Part shown: positions 27,038 through 37,369 of the stretch, one piece after another
How the letters are laid out: each line of letters begins with the position of its first letter
Position numbering within the stretch: the first letter of the stretch is position 1
Assembly: GCA_944362965.1 (NCBI GenBank)
Contig: CALVTR010000006.1
Location: 27,855 to 91,854 of the forward strand
DNA from: an uncultured Clostridia bacterium
GTDB lineage: Bacteria > Bacillota > Clostridia > Christensenellales > UBA1242
Direction: 5' to 3'
DNA: 64,000 nt
Position numbers and translations under genes: made by a program
The notes under the pieces: model-generated
Database searches by the model: none
What the model was told of the DNA's origin: nothing
The model's input: the letters and a program-made list of their open reading frames with translations, nothing else

Positions 27038-27655
27038 TTAATTTTTATCATATAAATAATCATTTTTTAAAAAAGCTAGTTTATTTTTTATTCTTGTCAG
27101 TGCGTTATCTATGCTCTTCTTTGACAAATTGCCAATTTTTGAGATTTCATCATAACTATAACCTTTCAGATATAGATTGAGCACTTTAAGCTCCATTGAA
27201 GAAAGTGTCTTTTTGATTTTACCAATAATCTCAGAAATGCGTTCTTTCTCCAAAATCCTGTCATCAGGGGAAGGCAGGTCGGAAGGAAAAACTATCTCAG
27301 AACTATCTTCATCATCTTCGCTGTTTAGTTGTTCCATAATTGGCAGTGCCGACGATAACACTTTATTTTTCTCTGAACTTGCAACTCGCACCGCACTTTG
27401 AATTTGATGCTTAATGCATGTGCTTGCAAAGGTTTTAAACGAAGCCGCTTTATCATCTTTGTAGTGCATGATTGCCTTGTATAGTCCTATCATGCCTTCT
27501 TGAACAATGTCCTCAATATCGCCGCCTGTAAGAAAGTAACTTCTTGCAATTTGATTTACAAGAGATTTATATTTTGTCAGCAGGGTATTGACTGCACTTT
27601 CATCACCATGATGTGCTTTTACCGAATACTCTTCATCTGTTATTTTATCTTCCAT
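27038..27655 (-). CDS. sigH: RNA polymerase sigma-H-like (sigma-70 family) factor
   Basis: 205 aa. GDESAVNTLLTKYKSLVNQIARSYFLTGGDIEDIVQEGMIGLYKAIMHYK... plus a C-terminal region-4 HTH (YSYDEISKIGNLSKKSIDNALTRIKNKL). Sits directly downstream of rlmB, as in Firmicutes. Confidence 0.8.
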   Translation of the reverse strand: MEDKITDEEYSVKAHHGDESAVNTLLTKYKSLVNQIARSYFLTGGDIEDIVQEGMIGLYKAIMHYKDDKAASFKTFASTCIKHQIQSAVRVASSEKNKVLSSALPIMEQLNSEDDEDSSEIVFPSDLPSPDDRILEKERISEIIGKIKKTLSSMELKVLNLYLKGYSYDEISKIGNLSKKSIDNALTRIKNKLAFLKNDYLYDKN

Positions 27656-27658
27656 AGT

Positions 27659-28384
27659 TTAACTCTCTTGCCTTTGTCTTAAAATTTCAAAAACCATCAC
27701 GCCGCAAGCAACCGATGCATTCAGTGAATTTACCTTTCCCATCATTGGCAGTGAGATAACTCCGTCAACGTAATTAAGCAGTGATTTCTTAACGCCAAAT
27801 CCTTCAGAGCCGATGATAATTGCCTCGCCTTGATTTAACTTTTTGCTGTAAACCATATCGCCGCCAGCTTCACAAGCATAAACCCAAACATCGTTTTCTT
27901 TAAGGGTATTTATTGCGTCTTTCAGATTGGTGACGCGTGCAATAAGCATATTTGAAATAGCCCCTGTGCTTGTCCTGATAACTGTCTCATTGACTTGAAC
28001 AGCTCTATTTTTAGGGATAATTATTCCATGCACTCCGGCACACTCACAAGAACGTATGATAGCTCCAAAATTATGCGGGTCTTCTATTCCATCAAGCAGC
28101 ACAATAAATGGCTTTTGCCCAAGTTTTCTTGCCTTTTGCAAAATGTCGTCAACCTGACAGTATTCAAAATCAACGCTATCTGCAATGTAACCTTGATGAT
28201 GACCTGTCTTAGATTTTTTATCTAGGAAAACTCTTGGCACAAATTCAAATTTAATTTTGTTTTGCGCGGCAAGGTTGATAATCTCATCTTTGCGTCCTTG
28301 ATAGTTTTTATCAACATAGATTTTATTTATGGTAACCTTTGCTTCTATTGCTTGCCTAATAGCATTTTTACCTTCTATAAACAT
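27659..28384 (-). CDS. rlmB: TrmH/SpoU-family 23S rRNA 2'-O-methyltransferase
   Basis: GIEDPHNFGAIIRSCECAGVHGIIIP, IIGSEGFGV and SLNASVACGV motifs. Confidence 0.85.
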   Translation of the reverse strand: MFIEGKNAIRQAIEAKVTINKIYVDKNYQGRKDEIINLAAQNKIKFEFVPRVFLDKKSKTGHHQGYIADSVDFEYCQVDDILQKARKLGQKPFIVLLDGIEDPHNFGAIIRSCECAGVHGIIIPKNRAVQVNETVIRTSTGAISNMLIARVTNLKDAINTLKENDVWVYACEAGGDMVYSKKLNQGEAIIIGSEGFGVKKSLLNYVDGVISLPMMGKVNSLNASVACGVMVFEILRQRQES

Positions 28385-28700
28385 AATGTCTTCTCCATGT
28401 TTAAGATTTTATCACAAAACAAACAAAAACACAAGATAATTTGAAGCAATACAAAATAAAATAATAGAGCATATTATAAAATTAAAAAACTTTGTTTAAA
28501 ACTTTCATAGAATTTAAAGATAAGTAAATTTTAAAATTATAAATTTGAAATAGCATTAATTTATTGAATATATTTTTTAAAGAATAGTTGCTTTATAAAT
28601 ATCATACAAAGTAATTATTATTTTGTTAATTTTATGCAAAACACGAAACATGAAATTTAAAAATTTTAATTTCATTGTTGCCTTTTCGCTCCGCTCGCAC

Positions 28701-28742
28701 GGGCGGTGCACCCTTGACGCACCGCCCACGCTCGCTATCGTC
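28701..28742 (-). repeat. GC-rich repeat module: GACGATAG box plus a 9-bp GC hairpin
   Basis: GGGCGGTGC (28701-09) / GCACCGCCC (28719-27). CTATCGTC at 28735-42 is the reverse complement of GACGATAG. Confidence 0.5.
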
Positions 28743-28852
28743 ACTCCGTCCGAGTTTTATCAATAAGCAATGTAACACCTCCCACCAACTTTGCTCTTGA
28801 CATGCGGAAATATTGTGATATAATAAAAGCATAAGAAAAAGGAGAGATAAAA

Positions 28853-29233
28853 ATGAAAGGAAATTTAAAGAAAATAATTCCAACAGCACTATTATCAGTT
28901 ACTATGACTTTTGCCGCATTAGGCATTGCTGGTTGTTCAAGTGAAAATGATGCTGATGGAACAAATGTAAACGATATGTTTGAGAATAATTTTGATAATG
29001 ATACCTATATTGCAAATTTATCTATCAACAACGTTTTTATTGTCTACAATGGAAAACTCCATAAGGGTGACGTATCATTTGTAGGAAAGTGGAAATATGG
29101 CTATTCAATACCTTTTATCAAAACAGATTGTGGAATGGCACGTATAACAAACGAATATTCAATCAGCCCAGACATGCCACATGACGACGAATACGAATTT
29201 GTTTGTGAAGAATGTATCCATGAAAATGAATAA
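28853..29233 (+). CDS. Lipoprotein, hypothetical
   Basis: Lipobox FAALGIAG-C at aa 18-26. A hairpin terminator follows at about 29245-29275. Confidence 0.65.
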   Translation: MKGNLKKIIPTALLSVTMTFAALGIAGCSSENDADGTNVNDMFENNFDNDTYIANLSINNVFIVYNGKLHKGDVSFVGKWKYGYSIPFIKTDCGMARITNEYSISPDMPHDDEYEFVCEECIHENE

Positions 29234-29351
29234 TAAAAATAAAAAAGGAAACTCTTAGGGTTTCCTTTTTTAATGCAAAATAAAAAATAATATGTTAAAT
29301 TTAAAGAAATTATTAGAAAATATTAAAAATATTTCTATATTTAAAAATTTA

Positions 29352-29762
29352 TTAAATCTTAACAGAATATTCTAAAATTTCCTTTAATCTAGTATTGTCA
29401 TTTTTTAAATAAAGATAGCCTATAAGCACTTCAAAAGCGGTTGCGTATGAGTAGTCAGATTGGCTTGCGTTTTTTGCCGAGTGCTTAGGCTTTGCATTTC
29501 GACCGCGACGGACAATCTCACTTTCTTCTTCGCTTAGGGTAGGGAGAAGTTCTTTCAAAACTCTAGCTTGCGATTGAGCTTTACAATATTTTGCAGCTTC
29601 AGTATGATAGTTTTCCATTTTCCCGTCATACATTTCAAGGCAATACTCTCGCACAAAAAGGGTATGCACGCTGTCGCCTATAAAGGCAAGCGGCAGCAGA
29701 TTAGTTTTTAGTAACTTTTCAAGCAGTTCACTATTTTTTGTAGTGTGATTTATAACATCCAT
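29352..29762 (-). CDS. mrnC: Mini-ribonuclease 3
   Basis: LPLAFIGDSVHTLFVREY...RRGRNAKPKHSAKNAS...ATAFEVLIGYLYL. Confidence 0.85.
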   Translation of the reverse strand: MDVINHTTKNSELLEKLLKTNLLPLAFIGDSVHTLFVREYCLEMYDGKMENYHTEAAKYCKAQSQARVLKELLPTLSEEESEIVRRGRNAKPKHSAKNASQSDYSYATAFEVLIGYLYLKNDNTRLKEILEYSVKI

Positions 29763-29941
29763 AAAAATCCTTTAAAAATATGATTATATTCGGTTTGGAA
29801 GAAATGTAGGCGTTTATATATTAGTGATGCAAACTAAGTTTGCCGTCAAACATTTTGCTTATAAAGTTCACCTCGTTGTAGAAAACCAAATGTTAGAAAG
29901 TAAATATAGACATTAATAGTTTGATACTAGCAAGTAATAGT

Positions 29942-30134
29942 TACCCCTTGTGGGTCCAAATTACGACGAAATTTACAGAGTAAATTTCTAGGGGGTGGAA
30001 AGGGAGTTGGGAGGAAAACCAAAATTTTAGCGGTTAGCCGTTAGGCGTGCCCGCGTTCTCCGCAAGGAGTTGGGCAAAAGTTGCAGGCTTAAACCCTGAA
30101 ACTTTTCTCCAAAAAATTTTGGTGTTACCCCAAG
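29942..30134 (-). repeat. Structured GC-rich element immediately 3' of ychF (homolog of 42634-42805)
   Basis: TACCCCTTGTGGGTCC (29942-57) is the reverse complement of 42790-42805. Hairpin GAAATTTAC-aga-GTAAATTTC at 29968-88. Also contains GGGGTGGAAAGGGAGTTGGGAGG. Ends 3 nt from the ychF stop. Confidence 0.65.
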
Positions 30135-30136
30135 AT

Positions 30137-31231
30137 TTATACATTGAAGCGGAACAGCATCACATCTCCATCTTGCACAACATAGTCCTTGCCTTCCATG
30201 CGGACTTTACCTTTTTCTTTAGCCTTTACAAATGAGCCCGCTTCCACAAGGTCGTTATAAGATACAACTTCAGCTTTGATAAAGCCTTTTTCAAAGTCGG
30301 TGTGAATTTTTCCCGCAGCTTGTGGAGCTTTTGTTCCTTTTTTAATAGTCCAAGCTCTTACCTCTTTCTCTCCAGCGGTTAAGAATGACATCAGCCCAAG
30401 CAAATCATAACTAGTTGCAACAAGTTTTTCAAGCCCACTTTCTTTTATACCAAGTTCTTCTTTAAAAATCTCTCGCTCGTCAGGTTCAAGCCCTGTCAAT
30501 TCTTCTTCAATTTTGGCAGAAAGCACAATAACCTTCGCGCCTTCACTTTCAGCATGTTTCTTTACTTGCTTAACAAAGTCATTGTCTTCTTTTCCCACAT
30601 CATCTTCACTAATGTTTGCAACGTAAATAACAGGTTTAGCGGTCAGAAGTTGCAAGTTTTTCATAATTTTTTGTTCTTCTTCGCCGTCTATTTCCACACT
30701 TCTAACTGGCTTATTATTTTCAAGGGCAGTATTTATTCTGTCAAGAAGGTTTACTGTTGCAATCAAACTTTTGTCACCAGTTTTAACAAGTTTAGCATCT
30801 TTTTCAAGAAGTTTGCTTACTTGTTCAAGGTCAGCAAGTGCAAGTTCAAGATTGATTATTTCAATGTCGCGTAGCGGGTCAATAGAACCATTAACATGAA
30901 TTATCTTTTCATTTTCAAAACACCTTACAACATGAACAATGGCATCAACTTCACGAATATGACTTAAAAATTTATTGCCAAGTCCTTCACCTTTGCTTGC
31001 TCCTGCAACAAGTCCTGCAATATCAACAAATTCAATGGAAGCGGGTGTGATTTTTTGTGTATTATAAAGTTTTCCAAGCACTTGCAATCTCTCGTCAGGC
31101 ACATCAACAATCCCTATATTTGGCTCAATAGTGCAGAAAGGGTAGTTCGCACTTTCCGCCCCAGCATTTGTAATTGCGTTAAATAGAGTGCTTTTTCCAA
31201 CATTAGGAAGTCCAACAACACCAATTTTCAT
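30137..31231 (-). CDS. ychF: Ribosome-binding ATPase YchF
   Basis: [21 protein letters not shown]...[15 protein letters not shown] prefer the start at the internal Met (31231). Confidence 0.93.
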   Translation of the reverse strand: MKIGVVGLPNVGKSTLFNAITNAGAESANYPFCTIEPNIGIVDVPDERLQVLGKLYNTQKITPASIEFVDIAGLVAGASKGEGLGNKFLSHIREVDAIVHVVRCFENEKIIHVNGSIDPLRDIEIINLELALADLEQVSKLLEKDAKLVKTGDKSLIATVNLLDRINTALENNKPVRSVEIDGEEEQKIMKNLQLLTAKPVIYVANISEDDVGKEDNDFVKQVKKHAESEGAKVIVLSAKIEEELTGLEPDEREIFKEELGIKESGLEKLVATSYDLLGLMSFLTAGEKEVRAWTIKKGTKAPQAAGKIHTDFEKGFIKAEVVSYNDLVEAGSFVKAKEKGKVRMEGKDYVVQDGDVMLFRFNV

Positions 31232-31497
31232 ATTTTTTATCCTTTTAATAATTAAATTTTTCTCTTGCATATTATAACATTTAATTTATTATTAGTAAAG
31301 TTAAATAATAAAAAATATATAAATTCTATTTTTTATTAAAATTAAGGATATTTTTTAATAATTTTGCAATAAATATCACTTTATTTAATTAAATTTAATA
31401 AATTTTATTTTAAATATAACAATTTATATAACCTTCAAATAATTAAAAAAGAGTTTAATATATAACCCTAAAGTTAATGTTAAACTCTTTTTTTTAA

Positions 31498-34400
31498 CTA
31501 TTCTCCTTCGCGTTCTGAATCTTCTGTTTCAGGCGCTCTTCTGCCAGCTTCAGCAGCCGCGGCTCTAGCGGCTTCTTCTCTCGCTCTAGCTTCTGCTTCT
31601 TCAGCAGCAGCTCTTTCTCTGTCGCCTTTAAGTTTTGAAAGGAATTTGCTTATTCCGCTAAGCCCATTCAAAGCTTTTGACCTGCTAACTTTACCAATAT
31701 CATTTTCAGTTTTTGTAGAAACTGCAACAGCATCGTGATAAGAACTATCAGCGGCTATTTTAAGTTCAAGACTTTTTGCACTTATCTTCTTATCAAGTTT
31801 GCTCTTTTGTTTTTTAAGCTGTTCAAGAAGCTGTTTATTTGCTTTGCTAGCTTTTTCACTAGCCGCACGGGCAGCTTCTGGGGTAAGTCCAGATGTGTTA
31901 GACCTTTCACTAGCTTTTTGTTTGAGTTTTTCAATATCTTTATTAATACCAAGTTTTTCAAATAGATATAGGTCAGAAATATCAAATTCCAAACCTTCAG
32001 GTCTAAATTCTGGGTGTGCTTCAAAGAATGAAACATCTCCTTCTATGAAGGCATTTACAAGCTCATTTGCATATTGATAGTCAGGGTGCTCTTTGATATA
32101 GTCTTCAATAGCTTTAAATTTAGCATCAAATTCTTCTTCAGCCTTTTCAAATCGAGCGAGATTATCTTTGTCTCTATTAGCCTTGCGTTCAGCTTCAGAA
32201 TTGCCTTCTCTTACTTTTTCGGCATGCTCTTGTTGGTCTTTAAGTCTAGCAGCCTGCAAAATAAGTTCTTTTTCATAGCCTTCTAAAAGTTTATCAATCT
32301 GTTCTCTTTTTTCGCTGTCACTAAGTTTTTTATTGCTAATCACATCCACAAGGTCAAGCCCATAAACGCCAGCTCTTTCAAGATATAATTCGGTTTTTTC
32401 AATGGCATTTATAAGGTCGTTTTGTTCTTCCGGCTCATCAGGGGATAGTGTTTCGCGAGAAAGGATTTCATTTATTCCTGTTATAAATTTTGAGATATTT
32501 GAATCAAAAATTCTTATCTCTCTATTTGCCTTAAAGTATTCTATATTTGCTTTAGTTGGAAGCTCATCTAGAACATATTGCTTAGCTTCTTCATACTCAT
32601 TTTTATATTCATCAGGAAGAAGGGATAGAATTAGTTTTTCTCTGTCACTGTCAGACTTTGCACTATCAAGTTTAATAGCAAGTTTTTCTTTAAAGAGCTC
32701 TTTGCTATCAGCCTTTATAGAAGACACGCGAGACGCACCCGCTTCTTCATCATAAAGAATTTCTGCAAGAAGGTCAACACTTGTATCATATTCAGTTTTT
32801 CCACTTTCTTGAATTTCCTTTCTTGTTTCATATTCTCTATCAACAAAGGTTTTTCCATTTCTTGCACGAAGTGAAGTAAGATTTGTTGAAGTTCTTCTAT
32901 CAATAACTTTATTTTTGTCATCGCAGAATTTAACAAACTCGTTTGCCTTTTTAGTTCTATCATTTTCATTTGCATATGGTCTTTCAACGTCAGAATATTT
33001 TGCAATTATATCGTAAATTTTTTCGCCATCAACTTCTCCACGTTCCATAAAAGGTTTTAATTGTGCGTCAAATGCTTGTTTTAGGTCAAGCTCAGGATTG
33101 TTTATATGTGCAACGCTAAGAGCCACTTGCATGTTATTTTTTTCTGTTTGAGAAATTGGCAGTTCATTAATTATTCTAACAAAGTTATTATATTTTTCAA
33201 TGCTAGAAGATAGTTCTTGACCTGCATTTTCAACAGCACTTAAGTCTCTGCCATTGCTATGTGCAGGGTCAAGCACACTTTCAAAAGCTCTTTCATCGTA
33301 TGCCACAGAGAATGAACCATCAAGCAGAGAGTTCGCAAACTTTTCAGCGCCATTATAAACACTAAGTTTTGTTTGATATTCAGCTTCATTGAAGTCTCTT
33401 TTTGCTTCAAGTTTTCTCTCTCTATCAACCTTAAGCCTATTTCTTTGACCTTCAGCTCCTAACTTAATAAGCAAAATATCTCTCTTTTGTTCGTCTGAAA
33501 GGGTGGCAAAATATGGAAAAATCTTAGTATATTCTTTGATTAATTCATCTTCGCTGTAAATAATAAAGTCGTCTTTGCCCTCTTTTTTAGGGTTAATATC
33601 ATAGTTAGCAACAAGGTAAACTTTCTTTTCTTCATTATACCTAACAATAGGGTTGTCACCAGTTTGTCTAGCCACTTGTTTTGTTATTTTTGACAAAGCA
33701 GTGTTGATTTTTTCTTGTTTAGCTTTTTGGTAACTATCTCTGCTAACAGAATAAACCGCTGCAGAATATGCAGTTTTACTCTCAGAAGAATATGAATTTG
33801 CAGAAACAGATAGAGAAAGGTGCTCACCTAATTTGATAGAAACACTGTCATTATCTATTACAGAGATATCATAATCATGGACGATATCTGAAAGTGATTT
33901 TTGATTTAGCTCATCTCTAATAGCATCAGGGTTAATAGCGTCATGTTCAGCTCCTTCAACATACCTTCCAGCATTTGATACAATAAATTCAACAAGGTCA
34001 TTTTTTGCAAGAGTATCAGCGGTAGCATAAAGAGTATGGCTCTTTTCAACTGTGTTTTCAGTAGGGTTGGCAAGAAGTCCGCCATCACCCAGCAATGAAG
34101 CTCCGCTTTCTGTAGTGGTTGTATAAAGTCCTGCAATTCGACCGATATAGTCACTATTTTGAAGAGAACTATCAACTGCTTTCATTTCAGCAGTTGCTTC
34201 GGTAGGGTTAAGCATAGAAACTGCGTCATTTACACTTTGAAGAATATTTTTTTCAACTCCTGTAGCAGAAGCAGGTAAGTCTCGGTTAATTTCTTCTTCA
34301 AGATTTTTTGCATAGCCATCATAGTATGCAAGACTATACGTTTTCAAATAGTTTTCACTTGCAACAACACAGCTATCAATAGTTGCAACATTTTCACTGT

Positions 34401-37089
34401 TTCTTGAAATTTCATCGATAGCAGTCTTATAAGCTTTAATATCGTCAACTTTCTTATGTTCTTCATTGTTTTCTTTAGCCTGCTCGTCAATTAGTTTTAA
34501 ATCAGTATCAATTTGAGAAGCGGCACTTTCAAGTATATTTACAACTTGGTCACGGCTCTCTTCAGGCACATTTTCTATAAGTTGATTGATAACCTCAGTT
34601 GTCCCGTCATGAGATAAAACCGCGTTTTGGATGATATCAGTGCCATATCTGTTGAAGAAAACAAGCCTTTGCTCTTCAGTCATTTGCTCAGTGCTAGCAA
34701 AGAATTTAAGTCTATATATATCCGCACTTTTAACAGCGTCACGTTGACTTTCAAGAAGCGTTCTCTCTTTAACTTGTGCAGAGTTAAGTTCATTCAAAGC
34801 AGAAACATATTGTTGCAAATCTGTGCCGTGAACAAGAGTTCCGTCTCCATTTGCTGCAAATAGGCTTTCAATATTTGCTCTTTGATTAGTATTAAGATTT
34901 GAAAAATAATTTGCAGTAAAGTTTTCAATAAGTTGTTGCCTATTTTCAGGGTCAGAAGTCTTTGAAATTTGGTCAAGACTCATAGCCATAGCAAGACGGG
35001 TGTCAAGGTTTTCAATATTGTTTAGTGAGTAAATGTTATTGCTGATATCTGTTCCAACAGGTGAGGCAATCCCAACACCGTTTGTGTTATAAAGCGAAGC
35101 AAAATTTTTTGCGAACTCATTTTGAGATAACTCTCTATCATACATTTGCTCAAGGGCGGCAATTTTTTCAGTGGAAGCATTTTCAAGAGTGTCAAGTTCT
35201 CTTTCATTTTCAATAAATTTGTCACGAGCATTGAATTCTTCATCTTCTTCAGCTTCATAATAGTCGATTAGGTGTCTTATTCTTCTAAATGGGCTAAACA
35301 CAAGCTGGTCAGCAAATGTGGTTTGAATAAGTCCTACGCTTGCCATAATTGCACCAGATATCAAAGCAGCAAGCCCAACACCAGGTATCATTGAGCAAAC
35401 CATAAGCCAAATACCAATGGTAGAAAGCGTTTCACCCATAATGTTGTTAACAGTTTTCATGGTATCTTTGAATGCTTTGTTCTTCTCTTTATTGCGAGCC
35501 TTTTCGGCGGCTATATGTTCTTCGCGTTTTCTTAGCTGTTCGGCTTTTCTAGCTTCTCTATCATCTCCACTAGGATTTCCGCCACCATTTCCACCGCTTC
35601 CGTTGTCGCCGTCGCCATTTCCGCCGTCATTTCCGTCATCTTCAGGCTCGTCACCATCGTCTTCCGGTTCGTCTCCATCGTTCTCAGGCTCGCCACCTTC
35701 ATTTTCAGTTGGTGGAATATTTCCGCCACCAGTGCTATGTTCAGGGTTTGGATTTCCAGAGCCACTACCATCTTCTGCATCACCAGAACCGCTACCATCG
35801 TCGGTGTCGCTAGAATCACTACCATCGTCAGTGTCACTAGAGCCACTTCCGCTATCGCCATCCCTATCACGTCCATCAGGTTCGTCAATATCTGGCACAA
35901 TACCAACTTCTCCTTCACCGCTACGATATGGCTCAGGGGAGATAGTCTCTTGAACAGATAGATTTCTGTCATTTATCATAAATGAAACGGGATTAGATTT
36001 TCTAGTATCCATTCGTTTTGCGTCAACATAGATATCACTGCCATCAATAGGGATAGCAATCTGTTTTAGCCCGTTATCAGCCCCCATATTTTCAGCATTA
36101 AAATTTAAACCGCTTGTGTTTGTCAAAATTTCATAGGCTTGGGTGAACTTCGATATAGTTTGCATATTTGATGCACTTGTGTCAATAGGCACAGGAACAT
36201 AGTAGTAATACTCAGGTTTAGTGGCAGTTTGTATATGCATAGTGAAGTGGTCTCTGCCATCTCCACCATTCTCATAAAGGAAGGTCACCTGTCCACTACA
36301 AGGAACCATTCTGCCTTCAACATAGAAGTATCGGATTTCTTTGCCTCTAGTATTTTTTTGCTTAACAAAACAGCATGGCGGTGTATCAGCACCAAAATCA
36401 AGTTTAGTTAAAGTTATTCCGTTGAAGTCAACAGTGATATTGGCTTTCATACCGCTAAAATATTGACCTATAACATTTGCGGGCAGTGTGCTTATGCTAG
36501 AAACAGTGCTAAACACACTTTGACCTTCTTTGCTTGTAAGCATATCCTTAACAACGCGTCTGTTGAGTGTTATATCAATACATTTTTCATTATTTGTTGT
36601 GTATTGATATCTGGATTTCCCTTCGCCGTCACCATATTCAAGAGAGATTGAAGTAGGGGTTGCAATGATAGTGTAAGGTTTTTTATCTTTTGCATTAACA
36701 GTGATAACAATTTGGTCGATAGATTTTTTCATAGAAATAGCATTGCTGTTAGGGCTAATTTCAAGACCGTCACCATTAAATAAAGCCTTTAAGCCTTCAT
36801 CAGCTTCAAGTGACTGCCCATTTTCATCTAAAAATTGTCCAAGCTGTTCAAGTTTAACAAAATAGCTTTTGTTTTTAGGGTCAATTTCGTCATTTTTAGA
36901 GAAAATAGACATAATAGAGCGCCCGCCGTTATCTTGCTCTTGAGTTGTAAGGTTAAAAAGAGTTTGCACGCCGCCACTTGTTTGAGAATTGACCATAGTC
37001 ATTTTTTGAGTAAGCCTTGCCTTTGTCTTTCCATCTGTAGACTTAATTCTAACATTTTGATTTGCAACTATCGGATAAATCTTAGCCAT
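31498..37089 (-). CDS. Giant (1863 aa) uncharacterised protein: N-terminal beta-rich domain, acidic G/D/S/E linker, central TM hairpin, ~1200-aa helical or coiled-coil region
   Basis: I prefer start MAKIYPIV (ATG 37089, GGGAG RBS). No signal peptide. Hydrophobic stretch TLSTIGIWLMVCSMIPGVGLAALISGAIMASVGLIQTTF. C-terminus is A/E/R-rich. No family recognised. Confidence 0.7.
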   Translation of the reverse strand: MAKIYPIVANQNVRIKSTDGKTKARLTQKMTMVNSQTSGGVQTLFNLTTQEQDNGGRSIMSIFSKNDEIDPKNKSYFVKLEQLGQFLDENGQSLEADEGLKALFNGDGLEISPNSNAISMKKSIDQIVITVNAKDKKPYTIIATPTSISLEYGDGEGKSRYQYTTNNEKCIDITLNRRVVKDMLTSKEGQSVFSTVSSISTLPANVIGQYFSGMKANITVDFNGITLTKLDFGADTPPCCFVKQKNTRGKEIRYFYVEGRMVPCSGQVTFLYENGGDGRDHFTMHIQTATKPEYYYYVPVPIDTSASNMQTISKFTQAYEILTNTSGLNFNAENMGADNGLKQIAIPIDGSDIYVDAKRMDTRKSNPVSFMINDRNLSVQETISPEPYRSGEGEVGIVPDIDEPDGRDRDGDSGSGSSDTDDGSDSSDTDDGSGSGDAEDGSGSGNPNPEHSTGGGNIPPTENEGGEPENDGDEPEDDGDEPEDDGNDGGNGDGDNGSGGNGGGNPSGDDREARKAEQLRKREEHIAAEKARNKEKNKAFKDTMKTVNNIMGETLSTIGIWLMVCSMIPGVGLAALISGAIMASVGLIQTTFADQLVFSPFRRIRHLIDYYEAEEDEEFNARDKFIENERELDTLENASTEKIAALEQMYDRELSQNEFAKNFASLYNTNGVGIASPVGTDISNNIYSLNNIENLDTRLAMAMSLDQISKTSDPENRQQLIENFTANYFSNLNTNQRANIESLFAANGDGTLVHGTDLQQYVSALNELNSAQVKERTLLESQRDAVKSADIYRLKFFASTEQMTEEQRLVFFNRYGTDIIQNAVLSHDGTTEVINQLIENVPEESRDQVVNILESAASQIDTDLKLIDEQAKENNEEHKKVDDIKAYKTAIDEISRNSENVATIDSCVVASENYLKTYSLAYYDGYAKNLEEEINRDLPASATGVEKNILQSVNDAVSMLNPTEATAEMKAVDSSLQNSDYIGRIAGLYTTTTESGASLLGDGGLLANPTENTVEKSHTLYATADTLAKNDLVEFIVSNAGRYVEGAEHDAINPDAIRDELNQKSLSDIVHDYDISVIDNDSVSIKLGEHLSLSVSANSYSSESKTAYSAAVYSVSRDSYQKAKQEKINTALSKITKQVARQTGDNPIVRYNEEKKVYLVANYDINPKKEGKDDFIIYSEDELIKEYTKIFPYFATLSDEQKRDILLIKLGAEGQRNRLKVDRERKLEAKRDFNEAEYQTKLSVYNGAEKFANSLLDGSFSVAYDERAFESVLDPAHSNGRDLSAVENAGQELSSSIEKYNNFVRIINELPISQTEKNNMQVALSVAHINNPELDLKQAFDAQLKPFMERGEVDGEKIYDIIAKYSDVERPYANENDRTKKANEFVKFCDDKNKVIDRRTSTNLTSLRARNGKTFVDREYETRKEIQESGKTEYDTSVDLLAEILYDEEAGASRVSSIKADSKELFKEKLAIKLDSAKSDSDREKLILSLLPDEYKNEYEEAKQYVLDELPTKANIEYFKANREIRIFDSNISKFITGINEILSRETLSPDEPEEQNDLINAIEKTELYLERAGVYGLDLVDVISNKKLSDSEKREQIDKLLEGYEKELILQAARLKDQQEHAEKVREGNSEAERKANRDKDNLARFEKAEEEFDAKFKAIEDYIKEHPDYQYANELVNAFIEGDVSFFEAHPEFRPEGLEFDISDLYLFEKLGINKDIEKLKQKASERSNTSGLTPEAARAASEKASKANKQLLEQLKKQKSKLDKKISAKSLELKIAADSSYHDAVAVSTKTENDIGKVSRSKALNGLSGISKFLSKLKGDRERAAAEEAEARAREEAARAAAAEAGRRAPETEDSEREGE

Positions 37090-37369
37090 ATATATCTCCC
37101 TATAAAATATATTTAATATATATAATGATATCATTATAAAAGCCATTTGTCAAGAAATATGGTATCAATATTGCCTTGCAAATTTAAGAGCAGGGCAATA
37201 TTACTTTGTCAGTGTTTACCATTCAAAAAATTTTAATTAATAGAAAACAAACAAAAATTAAATAAATTTCAGAAAAAACATAAAAATCAAGTTTAAAAAA
37301 GTTTAATATAAAATATACAAAACACAATAATTAATTAAAAAAGCATGAAACAAAGTTCATGCCTTTTCG

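Noticed and set aside
28713-28720. CTTGACGC (reverse complement of the element's iteron GCGTCAAG) inside a chromosomal hairpin, suggesting a secondary Rep-binding site
   Set aside because: A single 8-mer match is about what chance allows in 64 kb on both strands. There is no adjacent nonanucleotide.
28632-28926. Two overlapping minus-strand ORFs (85 and 61 aa), and similarly 30047-30235 (+) and 753-935 (-)
   Set aside because: They span GC-rich structured repeat elements and promoter regions of real genes. They have no RBS and their open frames are explained by repeat composition.
29942-30134. Integron attC-like sites (GTTAGGC / GCCTAA-type boxes in the GC-rich repeats)
   Set aside because: Only isolated GTTRRRY-like matches occur, without the paired R''/R' arrangement. 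There is no intI gene and no cassette array organisation.
35417-35972. Three ORFs (178, 146 and 74 aa) in alternative frames or on the opposite strand
   Set aside because: They are by-products of the GC-rich low-complexity repeats that encode the acidic linker of the 1863-aa protein. Their Ser/Pro- or Met/Val-rich translations are typical frame artefacts.
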